Source: Octopus bimaculoides
Taxonomy: Eukaryota
Length of the DNA stretch: 64,000 nt
Reading direction: 5' to 3'
Assembly: GCF_001194135.2 (NCBI RefSeq)
Contig: NC_068994.1
Span: forward strand, 22,869,812-22,933,811
In this document: positions 13,711 to 26,641 of the stretch, piece after piece
Numbering within the stretch: the first letter of the stretch is position 1
How the letters are laid out: every line of letters begins with the position of its first letter
Notes under the pieces: model-generated
Databases searched by the model: none
Told to the model about the DNA's origin: nothing
Seen by the model: only the letters and a program-made list of their open reading frames with translations
Translations under genes and position numbers: made by a program

Positions 13711-13935
13711 AAAGCAGTGAACTAGCAGAATTGTTAGCATGCTGGGCAAAATGCTTAATGGCAATTTGTCTGTTTTTATGTTCTGAGTTCAAATTCTGTC
13801 AAGGTTGACTTTGCTTTTCATCGTTCCAGAGTTGATAAAGTACCAGATGAACACGGGTTGATGTAATCGACTTATCCCCTTGCCTGAAGTTGTTAGCTTT
13901 ATGCTAAAGTTTTAAACTATTGTTATTATTATTAG
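13711..13935 (+). mobile_element. SINE family B (gagctggcagaatcgttagc head, (TAT)n tail)
   Basis: Homologous to the copies at 14258, 15649, 22112, 31218, 40465 and 52885. Confidence 0.85.
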
Positions 13936-13945
13936 TAGTAGTAGT

Positions 13946-14250
13946 GGAGGGCACATGGTCTATTGGTTAGGGAGGGTGCTGCACTCACAATCTAGCAATC
14001 GTGATTTCATTTCCTAGACCTGGTGGTGCGTTGTGTTCTTGAGTAAAACACTTCATCTTGCATTGCTCTGCAATCACTTGGATACCTGATGCATGGTACA
14101 CTGTGCACCTGTTCAGACAACATCAATTTGATGGAGAGAGTGAGCTAATGTGCAATACGAACACTTGATCATTATAAACAAATCATTTGTGCAGGTTATC
14201 CGGCAAAAGCTGAATGCTCATACGTTGTCTTTAATAGGAGAGTCCATCAG
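13946..14250 (+). mobile_element. tRNA/CORE SINE, different tail
   Basis: gagggcacatggtctattggttagg head and ttgtgttcttgagtaaaacact segment shared with 1754 and 19235. Confidence 0.7.
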
Positions 14251-14257
14251 TAGCAGT

Positions 14258-14460
14258 TGTGGCAAGCTGGCAGATTCATTAACATACTGGACAAAACACT
14301 TAGCATTTTATTCATCTTTACATTCTGAGTTCAAATACCTCTGAGGTTGATTTTGCCTTTCATCTTTTTGAGGTTGATGAATAAGTACCAGATGAACACT
14401 GTAGTTGATTTAATCAACTAGCTCCTTCCACACAAAATTTCAGGATTATTATTATTAATC
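14258..14460 (+). mobile_element. SINE family B
   Basis: gcaagctggcagattcattaac...ttctgagttcaaat...aagtaccag...ttattatt. Confidence 0.8.
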
Positions 14461-15138
14461 ATTGGATGGTAGTGTAGTAGTAAAATTATTAGAGCTCTGG
14501 GACAAAATTTCTGACACTATTTTTGTTTATATTTCAGTTGAAATCCTTTTGAACCAAGTGTTGGGCATGAACTGTATTTGATTCAATGATGTGTTCTTGT
14601 CCTCTTGAAAGAGATTGGTAATATACATGTAATTATAAGATTACATGTATTTAAATTTGAAAAAAGATCAACTCTTTGAAGTTTTCTTTGGTTACTTATT
14701 AACCCTTTTTGTTATTTGATATTATATACAAAAGTTAGCAACAATAATTTAACTCTAAAAAAATGGTTTCAAACAGCCAGACTTCTTGTTCTGTTAGTAC
14801 TGCTTGTATGTATTTTTTTTTAAAGTTGGTAGCTATTAAGTTATTCAGTTGGTAATTACATGATTGCATTGTAAGGTGAAAATGTTTATGAATAGCTTCA
14901 GTTGATTTTCAATGAGTTGATTCATATTGTATATGTTAATAGTATGATCTTTGTTGTATATGCTAATGAAATGTGCTTCAGTGTGGTTTCTTTGTGCAAA
15001 GTGAGAACACAAGTTAACCTGAAACAGCCCAAGCATTGTTGGCTTAAGTCACTTCACTTCGGCTATGATATAACTATCTTTGTTTAACCCTGATTGGAAA
15101 TACCTATGGTCAAAGACGTTTCAGTTGTAACCATTCTG

Positions 15139-15181
<43 letters not shown>

Positions 15182-15648
15182 TTTCAGACATAATGGGACT
15201 TAAGATTTTGCTATCTAATGTGTTGTTTCTCACCTAAAATAGTAGGGTATGTTTCAAAGGAAATTTAGTTGCTCTTTCTAACAAGTCTGGAAAATGAGAC
15301 TGGTAGACTAGTTTAACACTAACTTGCCATCATGGGTGCTTTTAGTGGTGTCCATCCTGTTGCAAGTATTCAAGTCAGGTCTCTGCTTTGAGGATACTGT
15401 CCTCTCCCTTTCACTCCAGTTTTGGAAGCCCTGTAATGGCTTATGGATACTGCTTTTCTTCTTGATTAAAAGATAAAATTTTTTTCTTTTTTTAAATCGT
15501 GTAGAAGTAACTTCCGGCCTCTAAATCTTACATTTGTGTGAAATCAATACAAAATTGTCATATACCAGTATTGGCATATACTGGAATTATAAATTTATGC
15601 TTATTGAGTCTTTAAAAAAAAAATTTAGTGAATAATTTCCTTATTATT

Positions 15649-16285
15649 AAGGTGGCAAGCTGGCAGAATCGTTAGTGTGCTGGACGAAATTCTTAGCAGT
15701 ATTTTGCCCATCGCTATGTTCTGAGTTTGAATTCCGCTGAGGTTGACTTTTGGGGTTGATAAAATAAGTACCAGTTGAACTTTGGGGTTCATGTAATTAG
15801 CTCATCCCCTCCCCCAAAATTGCTGCCCTTGTGGCAAAATTTGAAACCATTATTATTATAAAGGTAGTGAGCTGGCAGAATCGTTACTGCTCCAGGCAAA
15901 ATACTTGGCAGCATTTCGCCTGTCTTTAATGTTCTAAGTTCAAATTCCACCGATGTTGATTTTTTGCCTTTCATCTATTTATGGTCAATAAAATAAGTAC
16001 CAGTTAAGCACTAGAGTCAATGTAATCAACTTACCCCATCCCCTGAAATTGCTGGCCTTGTGCTAAAATTTGAAATCATCATCATCATCATTATTATTAT
16101 TAGTAGTAGTAGGGAAAAATACTTTGTGGGAATTCTCCTGGCTGTTATGAGTTCAAACACTATCAAAGTCAAGTTTGCCTTTTCAGGTTGATAAAATATA
16201 GTACTAGTCAAGTATTGGGATCAGTGGTATCAACTGATCCCAGCCATCTCATAATTACTAGCCTTGTACCATTATTATTATTATT
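15649..16285 (+). mobile_element. Three head-to-tail SINE family B copies
   Basis: Units start at about 15649, 15860 and 16105, each ending in an (ATT)/(ATC) tail. Confidence 0.85.
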
Positions 16286-16421
16286 TACTTTGACAGGTAT
16301 CATATAAAATTAAGTTAAAGTACTATTAAGTTGAATTATGTTGTGGGGTATGTTCACTAAGACACTGGAACAAGTTTTAATGAGATAAAACTTTGCTTAG
16401 CCAGATCAACTGAGTTTAAAC

Positions 16422-16763
16422 CAGTGAGTGTCAACCAGGGTCCATATGACCCCTGTGGGTCCATATAAGGTTTTGGGCATCCACACTAGCAAAATAGTCA
16501 ATTGGAGATTGACTGTAATATCTTAAGTTCCCACGTAAAGTTTTGATTTGAATGTATCTATTGCAAGAAACAGCTAGATTTCTTTCTCTAACACTTTACA
16601 TAGTTCAACTTATGAAAATTATTGTGTGAATAACAAAGTAGGAATTTTGAAGGCAGTATCTATATAACTAATTTTTACACATCAAATGGCAATGGGAGCC
16701 CACCAGAATAAAATAGTTATCAAAGGGGTCCATAGATAAAAAAAAAATGGTTGAGAACCACTG
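16422..16763. mobile_element. hAT (Charlie-like) MITE
   Basis: TIRs cagtgagtgtcaacc / ggttgagaaccactg. Homologous over its length to 58170-58510. Confidence 0.85.
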
Positions 16764-17773
16764 GTAAGAATAAAAAAAAAAGATTCAGATTTCTCTGTAT
16801 GTAAATTCATCTTATATTGACATATTAAGAACACTTGTTATGGAAATAAGAGAAGTGCTTTATAGAAAAGGTTCGAATTTATTTCCTAAAAGAGTTGTAT
16901 GACAAAACTTGTAATGATGAAATTATTTTTCTTTGCAAACTGGATCTGAGCTTTGAAAATTCTGGTCTTTGGTTACTGCTTTGCACATCTTATTTCTGGC
17001 TGGTATCCAAGACCTTTAGAAGGAGGATATTTTTAGATTGATATACTCATACCTTACATGAAACTGAGACTTTCAGTGATGATCCATAAGCACCAAAAGA
17101 TGAAGAAACTTATGATTTAATATTGGTTTCTGCCTGAAAGAAAGACTGAATTTAGTACTTTAAGCTAACAAAACGTCACTATTTGAATGCAGTGAGTATT
17201 ACATAATTCAGTTGGACCAAGCTATTGAAAGTTTAGAAATTTTTCTGAGTCTTAGTAGAACAGCAGCCATCAACCTTCCAGCTTGTAAGCCACCATCTTA
17301 CAAATTTGGTAGCTGCAGGTCTCAAGATAACCAATATTTCTTTAAGAAAATGTAATTTTTTGTGTAGGGTCTGCATGAAGAAGACTTATAGAATATGTTA
17401 CCTTGAATCTGAAAATTAGTTAACATAGCTTGAAATCTGGTGTCTGAACAGCAGATATAGAAGGATTATTGTGAACTTTCACATTTATACAAATAAGAAG
17501 AATTCCTGCAATCCCATTGTATCAAAGGTTATGTGATAATTTTTAATGAAATGGTTGAAGAGACTAAGAGTAAACAACTATACTAAATAGGCTTGAGCAT
17601 ATTATAAAGAAATTCATACAAGGGAGTGGAATAGCTCTCAAAATTTGAGCTTAGTTTTAATGCATGTCTGTCGAGTGTTCAGCCACTTGCACATTAATTT
17701 CATGAGCATGCTGTTCCATTGCTTGAATCAACTGGAACACTCATCATCATAACCAACAGAGTGCCAGATATAC

Positions 17774-17775
<2 letters not shown>

Positions 17776-17821
<46 letters not shown>
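17776..17821. repeat. (TA)n microsatellite
   Basis: Direct reading. Confidence 0.98.
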
Positions 17822-17828
<7 letters not shown>

Positions 17829-17953
17829 ACATATATATATAATCATACATATACACACACATATATATAACATTGATAACAAAGAGGAGAGTGGAGAGTT
17901 TATTCACATCCAAAAATGTCTTTATTCAAAAGTTTTCTACAGCATATTCATCT

Positions 17954-18029
17954 GACCTACATATGTTTCGACTGCACATTGCTTTATATGCAATTATGCA
18001 TTCTAGTCATTGCAATTTCATCAAGGGTC
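17954..18029 (-). ncRNA. Degenerate type-I hammerhead motif in PLE pLTR
   Basis: GACC-c-UUGAUGA...GACU/AGUC...GAAAC-AUAU-GUA|GGUC. Stem III is palindromic and stem I is 4 bp. There is an extra nucleotide before the core and a 9-nt insertion before stem II. Confidence 0.6.
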
Positions 18030-19234
18030 CTTCACTTAGAACAGTTTCAAAGTGAACTGATTCAAATAAGTGTCCTGTGTTGCTATTTATATTTGATGGA
18101 TTGCTGGTCTTATAATCACCTCTGCTAGTATTACAGTTTAAGTGTGGTTTTAAAAATGTTTATTCAGTTTTCAATTAATTCTGGCAGTTTTGTTTACATG
18201 TTGCTGCATGGAGTCCATTATTTATTCAGAGGTATTTTACTTATTTTCGGTTTATACCCTCAATGTTGTTATTATTAGTATTATTAGTATAAATATCATT
18301 TATTATTACATCATTACTGTAACTAGCATAATTACTATACATCGGGAGCTATGTTTATTTAAATTGCTTAAATGTTTATCTTCTCAAGTGTGGACATCTT
18401 AGAGCCTGTTTCTGTCGTGTTTTATAAGAGTAAATTTAGAAGTGAACATTTGGTACATTTCTTCCAGACAAATTCACATCTTCCGCACAAAGGTCACATC
18501 TATTATCATCTATTCTATAAGGTTTTGCCTTACTAATTATTTCCCAGCCAATTGCATATACTTTGCTACTAACTTTTAGTGTCTAAATTAGTTTAAGGCT
18601 AGTAGTATTCATTTTGCCCCTATAATATAACATGAGCTGTACTCCCTATTTTCTCAGGTAACCTTACATCTGTATACAATATTTTTATGCCTACAGTTAG
18701 AGTTAAGCAGGCAAACCCTCTTCCTTGCACAGTTGCATTTGATAGTTCTACTACTTCCATTAACAGTTCCTGCTTCAGCTTCTCTAGAGGCGATTTCTAA
18801 ATTCTCCTGCCTTTCATCTAAGCTATTATTCTTTCCCACATAGATAACATTCTGAGTACTGTACTTTCTAAGATTCATACCTTCCACTTCCAAGCTAATG
18901 TGGGAGTTTGTTCGGGTAGCTTTTGTTTGATTGGTTGTCAAACCATAGTTTGTATCCTGATACCTAGTTGGGTTACCTATGGTTTGGTTGCTTATGTTGA
19001 CATTGTTGCTATTTATTGACCTATACTTATTATTCTGGTTACTGTTGTTGTTATTGTATATATGGAAACTGGTTAATCCACTTGCGTTGTGTGCTGCTAT
19101 AATTTGTGCTAGATTTCTGCTATTAAAAAATGTTAGTCTAATTCTATGTTTATTAAATACTCTATAGTATTTACTGTCTTTTGGAAAATGTTTAGCCAAT
19201 CCTGAATAGAACAATTTAGATTTAATTTTTTACC

Positions 19235-19475
19235 TTTTTGAACCATGCCAGACTCATAAGGGCCGGTTTCCCAGTTTCAGTGGTGTATATATTCTCCACC
19301 TGGATGGGACACCGATCTGTTGTAGAATTACTCATTTTTACCAGCTGAATGGACTGGGACAATGTGAAATAAAGTGTTTTGCTCAAGAACACAATGCATC
19401 ACCTGGTCCAGGAATCAAAACCACAATCTTATGATCATGAATCCAACACCCTAACCACTAAGCCATGCACCTCCA
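19235..19475 (-). mobile_element. tRNA/CORE SINE inserted in the PLE
   Basis: Reverse complement reads ggcttagtggttaggg...ttgtgttcttgagcaaaacactttatttcac. Confidence 0.85.
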
Positions 19476-19867
19476 CAATTTAGGTATATTGGAAATTATT
19501 TGTTTTCCAAAAGGAATTATATACCACTCCATTTGCTAGAGGTATCTATTGCATACAAAGCAATGTACAGTTGCTGCATATGTAGGTCAGATGAATATGC
19601 TGTGGAAAACTTAAAGAAATTTTTGGATGTAAATAAAATCTCCACTTTCCTCTTTGTTATCAATGTTATTAAATACTCTATGGATTATTTTAAATTCTGA
19701 ATAGGAACACGGAATTACCCAATGAGTGAAGTTACCAGTACCTAGTATCTCTTTCTAAGCTTGAGTACTATTTGAAGACCATTGTGAATAGCTGACATTT
19801 AAACCAATTTGAGAGATAGTATGGTGTCCGCCAGGAAAGCTTTTCCACTTTATGCTCTCCCTCTCTC

Positions 19868-19900
<33 letters not shown>

Positions 19901-20670
19901 NNNNNNNNNNNNNNNNNNNNNNNNNNNNNNNNNNNNNNNNNNNNNNNNNNNNNNNNNNNNNNNNNNNNNNNNNNNNNNNNNNNNNNNNNNNNNNNNNNNN
20001 NNNNNNNNNNNNNNNNNNNNNNNNNNNNNNNNNNNNNNNNNNNNNNNNNNNNNNNNNNNNNNNNNNNNNNNGACATATAAGGTGTCAAGATTCAGTAATC
20101 TTTTGGCTATCAAATAAACTCTATTTTCATTTACATATTTTCTACGTTATCTCAACAACCAGCTTTAGTTATTTGAAAGATACTACTCTAAAACGACCAG
20201 GTTTCATTAAAAAGTGAAAATAGTTTCACACTTTCAATTTGAACCAAAATTACAAGAGTGATGATGTGTGAATAATGAAAGTAATGTTTCTCCAAATTAG
20301 TGACATCTGTGCTATAATAAAGAAAGCTGCTTATTAAAGGCTACCAAATAAACTATGATTTTGGCACAAGTCTTTTTTACTCCTAAAATAACCTTGGAAA
20401 CGAGGTCAGGTTGCACAATTTTGAGGTCATTTTTGGGCAATATTTCGATTTGCTTCTAATATTTCACTTTTGTCAGCTGTTTCATGCATGCATAAAATTC
20501 TACTCAGACAAACATTTATGAAAATGTACACTTAAATATTGTATTAAAATAAGCGACAACCAAAACAATTTCATTAAAAGACATCCATTTCTTCATGTTA
20601 TGAGGAAATACAGTCACTCTCTCTCTCTCACTTGCTCATGCACACATACATGCAAAAAAGATGTGCATAC

Positions 20671-22690
20671 ATATCATTCACACATGGTAGTGTATGAATA
20701 GTGTTCTTAAGGTCACCATTTACTCACTTGCGACCACTTCTAGGCTTTGTCACTAATTCAGTTTGTAACCAAATTAGATAATGTTTGCATTTTTAGATTG
20801 GTTACATCCTAAGTTACATTTTACAACTACAAAATTTGGAAATTGCTTTGGTAGAAAAAAAGTTTCAGTAAAATATGTGAGGTCAAAAACGGGAGAGTAA
20901 CGCTTGAAATCGACTTTGGGTCCAAATAATTTTTTTTTTAAAGAAATCTATAGTTTATTTTAGCTTTTATGATAGATCTCAGTGAGAGGAATCTATCCAT
21001 GTTAGTTATATGCAAAAATATTCATTAGAAAAAAGTACTGAGGTAAAAACTGGTGCAAAAAAAAAAACAAAGGAAATGCCTAAAATTGAGTCTGGCTCCA
21101 AATATTATTATTCTTTCAAAAGAAATCTATATTTAAATGCAACTTTTCTGATAGATCTCCATTAGATGAATCCAATGATGCCAATTTTGTCCAAAAAAAA
21201 AAATTTTTAATAAAATAAATACTATTGGGGTAAAATGTGCTGAAAACAGAGGCAACGCCTAGGATCAAATTCAGAACCTAAAAAGTTTTTTTTCTTACCT
21301 CATATGATAGAATTCATCAAGACAAGTGTCACGGTGCTAATCTTTTCAAAAAATATTCACATATGGTAGTGTGTGAATAACATTCTTAAGGTTAACATTT
21401 ACCCATGACTACTAGGTTTTTGTTACTAACTCAGTTTTTAACCAAATTAGATGATATTTACATTTTTAGATTGATCACATCATAAGCTATATTTCGAGCT
21501 AACAAAATCTGAAAATGGGTTCAGTAGAAAAAAAAGTTTGAGTCAAATATGTGAGGTGAAAAATGAGAGAATAATGCCTGAAATCGACTTTGAGTCCAAA
21601 TATTTTGTTTTTTTTTAACTAAATCTATATTTTATTTTAACTTATATGATAAATCTCTATAACAGGAATCTATCCATGTTAGTTATATGCAAAAATATTC
21701 AGTAGAAAAAGTACTGAGGTAAAAGTTGGCGATAAGAAAGGAGATTAATGCCTGAAATCAACTTTGACTCCATATATTATTCTTCTTTCAAAAGAAAACT
21801 ATATTTAAATTTAACTTTTCTGATAGGTCTTGACTACAAAAATCCCATGATGCTAATTATATACATAAAAAATTTAAATAAAAAAACTACTGGGGCCAAA
21901 TGTACCAAAAACAGTGATAACACCTAAAAGCAAATTCAAAACCTAAACATTTTGTTTTTGTTTAGCTCATATGATAGAACTCATCAAGACAAGTGGCGTG
22001 GTGCTAATCTTTTCAAAAAATATTCAAAATGAAAAAAGTTATTATATAAGCTAAATGTGCCAAAAGTACGTAAAACAATTTTCAAGTAATATCGTTACTT
22101 AATACAGTACTAAGACGACGAGCTGGCAGAGTCGTTAACATGCAGGTTGAAAGCTTTGTGGCATTTCGTCTGTTTCTATGTTCTGAGTTCAAATTCCGCC
22201 AAGGTCGTCTTTGCTTTTTATCTTTTCGGTACTCGATAAAATGAGTATCATCTGAGCACTGAGGTCGATGTAATCAACTTCCCTCCCCTCTGGATTTAAT
22301 GGCCTTCTGACAAAATTGGAAACCAACATTGCAAAATGTTTGATTCAATTCAGTATTTAGGTATCTTGCAAAGATCTACCTCATATTCATAGAATACACT
22401 ATACTGTAGTACATATATATTGTAATAAATATCATTCACACATGGCAGAGTGTGAATAATATTCCTAAGGTCAACATTTACTCACTCACGACCACATCTA
22501 ATCTTTGTCACTAATTCAGTGTTTTACCAAATTTGATGATGTTTATACATGGTTAGAGTGGTCACCTCCTAAGCTACATTTTGAGCTACAAAATTTGAAA
22601 TTTCAGTAGTAAAAGTTCAGTAGAAAAAAAGATGAGATTTCAAATATCTGGAGGTCAAAAAGGGGAGAATGACACCTGAAATTGACTTCA
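20671..22690. repeat. Two tandem units of about 670-680 bp plus a partial third, each with internal sub-repeats
   Basis: atatcattcacacatggtag at 20671, re-aligning at 21355 and 22429. Each full unit contains three related blocks (gaggt.aaaa...aaatctata...atgataga). Confidence 0.9.
22112..22330 (+). mobile_element. SINE family B
   Basis: gacgagctggcagagtcgttaac...ttctgagttcaaattccgcc. Confidence 0.85.
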
Positions 22691-24034
22691 GGGATATACA
22701 CATGACGCTGCATACATACTTTTGTAAATACACACATACACATAAGTAACTTTTAAAATACTTATGAAGGGAAACAAAGGTGACAGTGACGAATACGTAG
22801 CTTTAAAGAGAGATGGGGTAAGTTGACAACAATTGATGACAAGTGGACTCTTTTCTGCTGTCCATCATAAATAAACACACACACACACACATCTTTATTG
22901 CAGAAAAATGTTACTGAGGTTTAAAGTTTAATCATTTTCACCTAATCAGAAAACAGGATTTAGAAGCTAGCATTTTCTGCGTTATAGTTGTCTATCACAA
23001 AACGAAACCAAAATCATTATACAAGGAGGAATTTTTATTAAACAAATGAACGCAAAGCGTTATGACGACCTAAGTTGTAAGAACTTCTGAAGTTTTAACA
23101 AGTCTTTTGCTTGCTTTTTAAACTTTAATTCAATATTAAGAGTATCAGAATTTAGATGATTATTTCTTAGGATAATTTGACAAGGTCTTTGCTTTCAGAT
23201 AGTATGATTGGATTTTCAGACTAACAAAATTTAGATTTTTTATTTTCAGGCAAGTTGACAAGGACAGTAGCTGAATTGCAGGCTTTATTTTTTTTATTTT
23301 ACATGAATTTCGACTAACAAACTAACATTTCCCCCAACAAGAGCAAGTGGCTCCTCCTACCTCACTGTGGATGCATTGGCTATTTTTGCATTTTTAAAAA
23401 TCTTATATTAGCCATGGCTTTACTATTCCTATGATCATATTATCTTCTTACTATAATAGTTGATATATTCTCATACCTCTTCTTGCTAACTCTTCTTATT
23501 ATATATAGATATAACTCATTTATTTCTTGATTTTATAATAAAATTAGTATTCACTATTATATAGAAAATTATCAAAATAATTTTTTAAAGTAAATTTTAA
23601 AATTTTTTGTATTTTTTAATAGATGAGCTTGAAATCAGTTTATGGAAAGTGGATTATATTTTATTTATAGAAATTGGAGTTTTAAATTGGTTTATGAGAA
23701 TTAGATNNNNNNNNNNNNNNNNNNNNNNNNNNNNNNNNNNNNNNNNNNNNNNNNNNNNNNNNNNNNNNNNNNNNNNNNNNNNNNNNNNNNNNNNNNNNNN
23801 NNNNNNNNNNNNNNNNNNNNNNNNNNNNNNNNNNNNNNNNTTTTATATTAGCCAATGCAGTGAAACCCTGTCCAGATAATTTTTTTTTATTTTTAGAATT
23901 TAAGAAAAAATATGTGAAAATTAAAAAAACAAAATAAACTTATTTTAATTCAATCAACAATGAAAAATAATTCAAATATTTTTTAACAAAAGAATATTTA
24001 TTAGTTTTATTATATTGCCTGGAAACAAAAGTGG

Positions 24035-25125
24035 ATTACAATGAAAAATGCGGGCGCATGCATGTTAATATTCTTAAGTTATTACACCTGGGAAAGTACA
24101 GAGCAAAATTTCTCCAGTAGAATTTGTTTAATTCGTCACCTCTGAAGGAAACTAAAAAGTACTTAAAATTAAAATTCTACTGTACTTAAAATATTGCAGC
24201 CAAGAATAACATTTTTAAAATTAAAATGATTTATATTATATTGAGATAATTTATTTTATTTATTATGAGAATCTAAAAGACAAGTAAATTTCTAAGAACA
24301 GGGTACAAAAATAATCAAAAATAAACTTTAAAAATTTTTTAAATCATAGCTTTTGAAATACACAATTAAGATAGTCATTTTATTTAGTTATATCAAGTAC
24401 AAACAATAAAATATGAAGTTGTTAAAAATATTGCACAAGATTTCTTTTTCACTTGAATTGAAATCCCATTACATAAAAACATTGATTGCAGTAGAATGGT
24501 CATTAAATTGTTTCAGATCAACCATGTGCTCTGTCAATTCTTCCACATTAAAAACAAACAAAAAATTAAGATGACAAATAAATCATAAGTAAAATTTATT
24601 AATTAGCAATAATACAGAATTAGCCTAATTCATTTTTGGCTAATTTGTTACTTCACCTAAATTTGTACTTCACCTAAATTGTCACTTACAATTTTCTTCT
24701 AGGGTGACTAATTAGGTGAATTATACAGTATTTTTAAAAAATTAATTTTATTATATTTCATTTTTAAAATACTGCTTTTACTAAAAATACAGACTTAAAT
24801 ATTTTTTTTCTGAAAATAATAAAAATTACTGGGGCTGTACATGAAAAGAGTTTCTGAATATAAGCCCCATAGGCTTAAAATCAGATAGGGTTATTTTTGG
24901 AAAAACCCAGCAATGTTTTTATAATTTTTGTTTTAATAAAATATAGTAAATTTTAGAAATGTTATTCTTGGTTGCAATATTTTAAGTACAGTAGAATTAA
25001 AATTTTAAGTACTTTTTATATTCCTTTAGTGGTGATGAATTAGGCAAATTCTACTGTTCTGTAATTTTCCAGGTGTATTAACTTAGGAATATTAACATGC
25101 ATGTGCCTGCATTTTTCATTGTAAT
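24035..25125. mobile_element. Non-autonomous foldback/MITE with TIRs of about 185 bp
   Basis: 24035-24222 is inversely homologous to 24949-25125 (attacaatgaaaaatgc...ccaagaataacattt). The interior is AT-rich and no TSD was found. Confidence 0.85.
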
Positions 25126-26611
25126 GTACATGAAAGATAAGGTGTGTGTGTGTGTTTGTGAGTGAGTGAGTACCACTTGTACATTCATGCAAAAAAATAC
25201 CTACATGAGAACACACACCTTTACTCTCTCTCTCTCTCTTGCACATGCACACATGCCCATTTCATAAACACATACATACATCTTTCACTCTCTGCTTTCA
25301 CTTCAAAGCAAATGTTGCCTTTTCCCTTTCTCCTCTCTTTCAATTTCTGCTCTCTTCAAAGCATAAAGAAATAAAAAAAATTTATGTAAATTAAGAAACA
25401 ATCATGATCCCATATGATTGAGTTGACAACTTTGCTGCTTCAAACGAAAGTATGCCATTAAATAACTTCTTTTGGCACACACACGCTCTAGGTAAAACTT
25501 CTGTATGAATTAAGATATTTCTTGCTGTGTGCACACGCAAAATTACAGCTCAAATCCAATTGAAATAACCTTTTTTTATTCTGTAATTTGTGTTTGTGAT
25601 AAACTGATCTTTGATATAAACTTAAAAGGAAGTTCTCCCAGAAATCTTGTCCTTTACTTGTTGTTTTAGAATGTCCAGGGTGACATTTGCACCCCTACCT
25701 TATTTTTTTCCTAAAATTTCTTCTGATTCCTGTTTTCGATACAGGAGATTATGATTTCGCCCAAAAAACATGTTCTCAATATTTTGATTTTCTCCCTTGC
25801 CATCCCAATTTNNNNNNNNNNNNNNNNNNNNNNNNNNNNNNNNNNNNNNNNNNNNNNNNNNNNNNNNNNNNNNNNNNNNNNNNNNNNNNNNNNNNNNNNN
25901 NNNNNNNNNNNNNNNNNNNNNNNNNNNNNNNNNNNNNNNNNNNNNNNNNNNNNNNNNNNNNNNNNNNNNNNNNNNNNNNNNNNNNNNNNNNNNNNNNNNN
26001 NNNNNNNNNNNNNNNNNNNNNNNNNNNNNNNNNNNNNNNNNNNNNNNNNNNNNNNNNNNNNNNNNNNNNNNNNNNNNNNNNNNNNNNNNNNNNNNNNNNN
26101 NNNNNNNNNNNNNNNNNNNNNNNNNNNNNNNNNNNNNNNNNNNNNNNNGTGAAACACTGGGAGATTTTAGCTTTTTGAAAGCTGGTAGGTGATGGGTGGG
26201 TGAGGTGGAGGAAGGGGCATTGAGTGTTTCTTCAAGAAAAATTAAACTTACAAAAAATATATATTTCCCAGATTCATAATCTCTTTATTTTTCTATGTGG
26301 ATTAAAAAAAAAATTCCAAAAAAGTTACAAATTAAAAAATTGCAGTGTAGATGGAGGGAAATTAACATTTTGAAAATGTGATTTCTGGGCAAAATTTCTT
26401 TAACCTCCTTTTATACATTGAAACAATATATAGTTTGTGATCCTTCTTAAGAGCAGAAAGCACTTTCATGCAAATCGTACCCTCTACCCCTTCACATCTA
26501 AACAAACAATAACTTCTATTATGCCAGTAATCCAGCTCACTATATATCAGCAGTGTCAATTCTGCCCGTAAGAAATGGACAAATAATACAATGTGGCTGT
26601 AGGTCATAACA

Positions 26612-26640
26612 CCCGGGCAATGCTGGGATGCATTGCTAGT
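26612..26640 (+). mobile_element. Helitron-like 3' terminus
   Basis: GC-rich hairpin cccgg-gcaatg-ctggg, then 8 nt, then CTAG|T (26636-26640). The 5' end was not located. Confidence 0.65.
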
Positions 26641-26641
26641 A

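Larger units (their letters stand above)
17868..19668 (-). mobile_element. 5'-truncated Penelope-like element with 3' pLTR and inverted pLTR fragment
   Basis: Decayed KHFPKDSKYYRVFNK...CNCARKRVCLLNSNCRHKNIVY (18654-19214) and WEIISKAKPY...RCDLC match the GIY-YIG region of PLEs. The ends form an inverted repeat of about 135 bp (17868-18006 vs 19536-19668). Confidence 0.85.

Noticed and set aside
20671-22690. CRISPR-like array
   Set aside because: Eukaryotic context, long diverged units and no unique spacers.
23400-23706. Possible NUMT (very AT-rich, hydrophobic frame under the mitochondrial code)
   Set aside because: The translation shows no motif of any mitochondrial protein I recognise.
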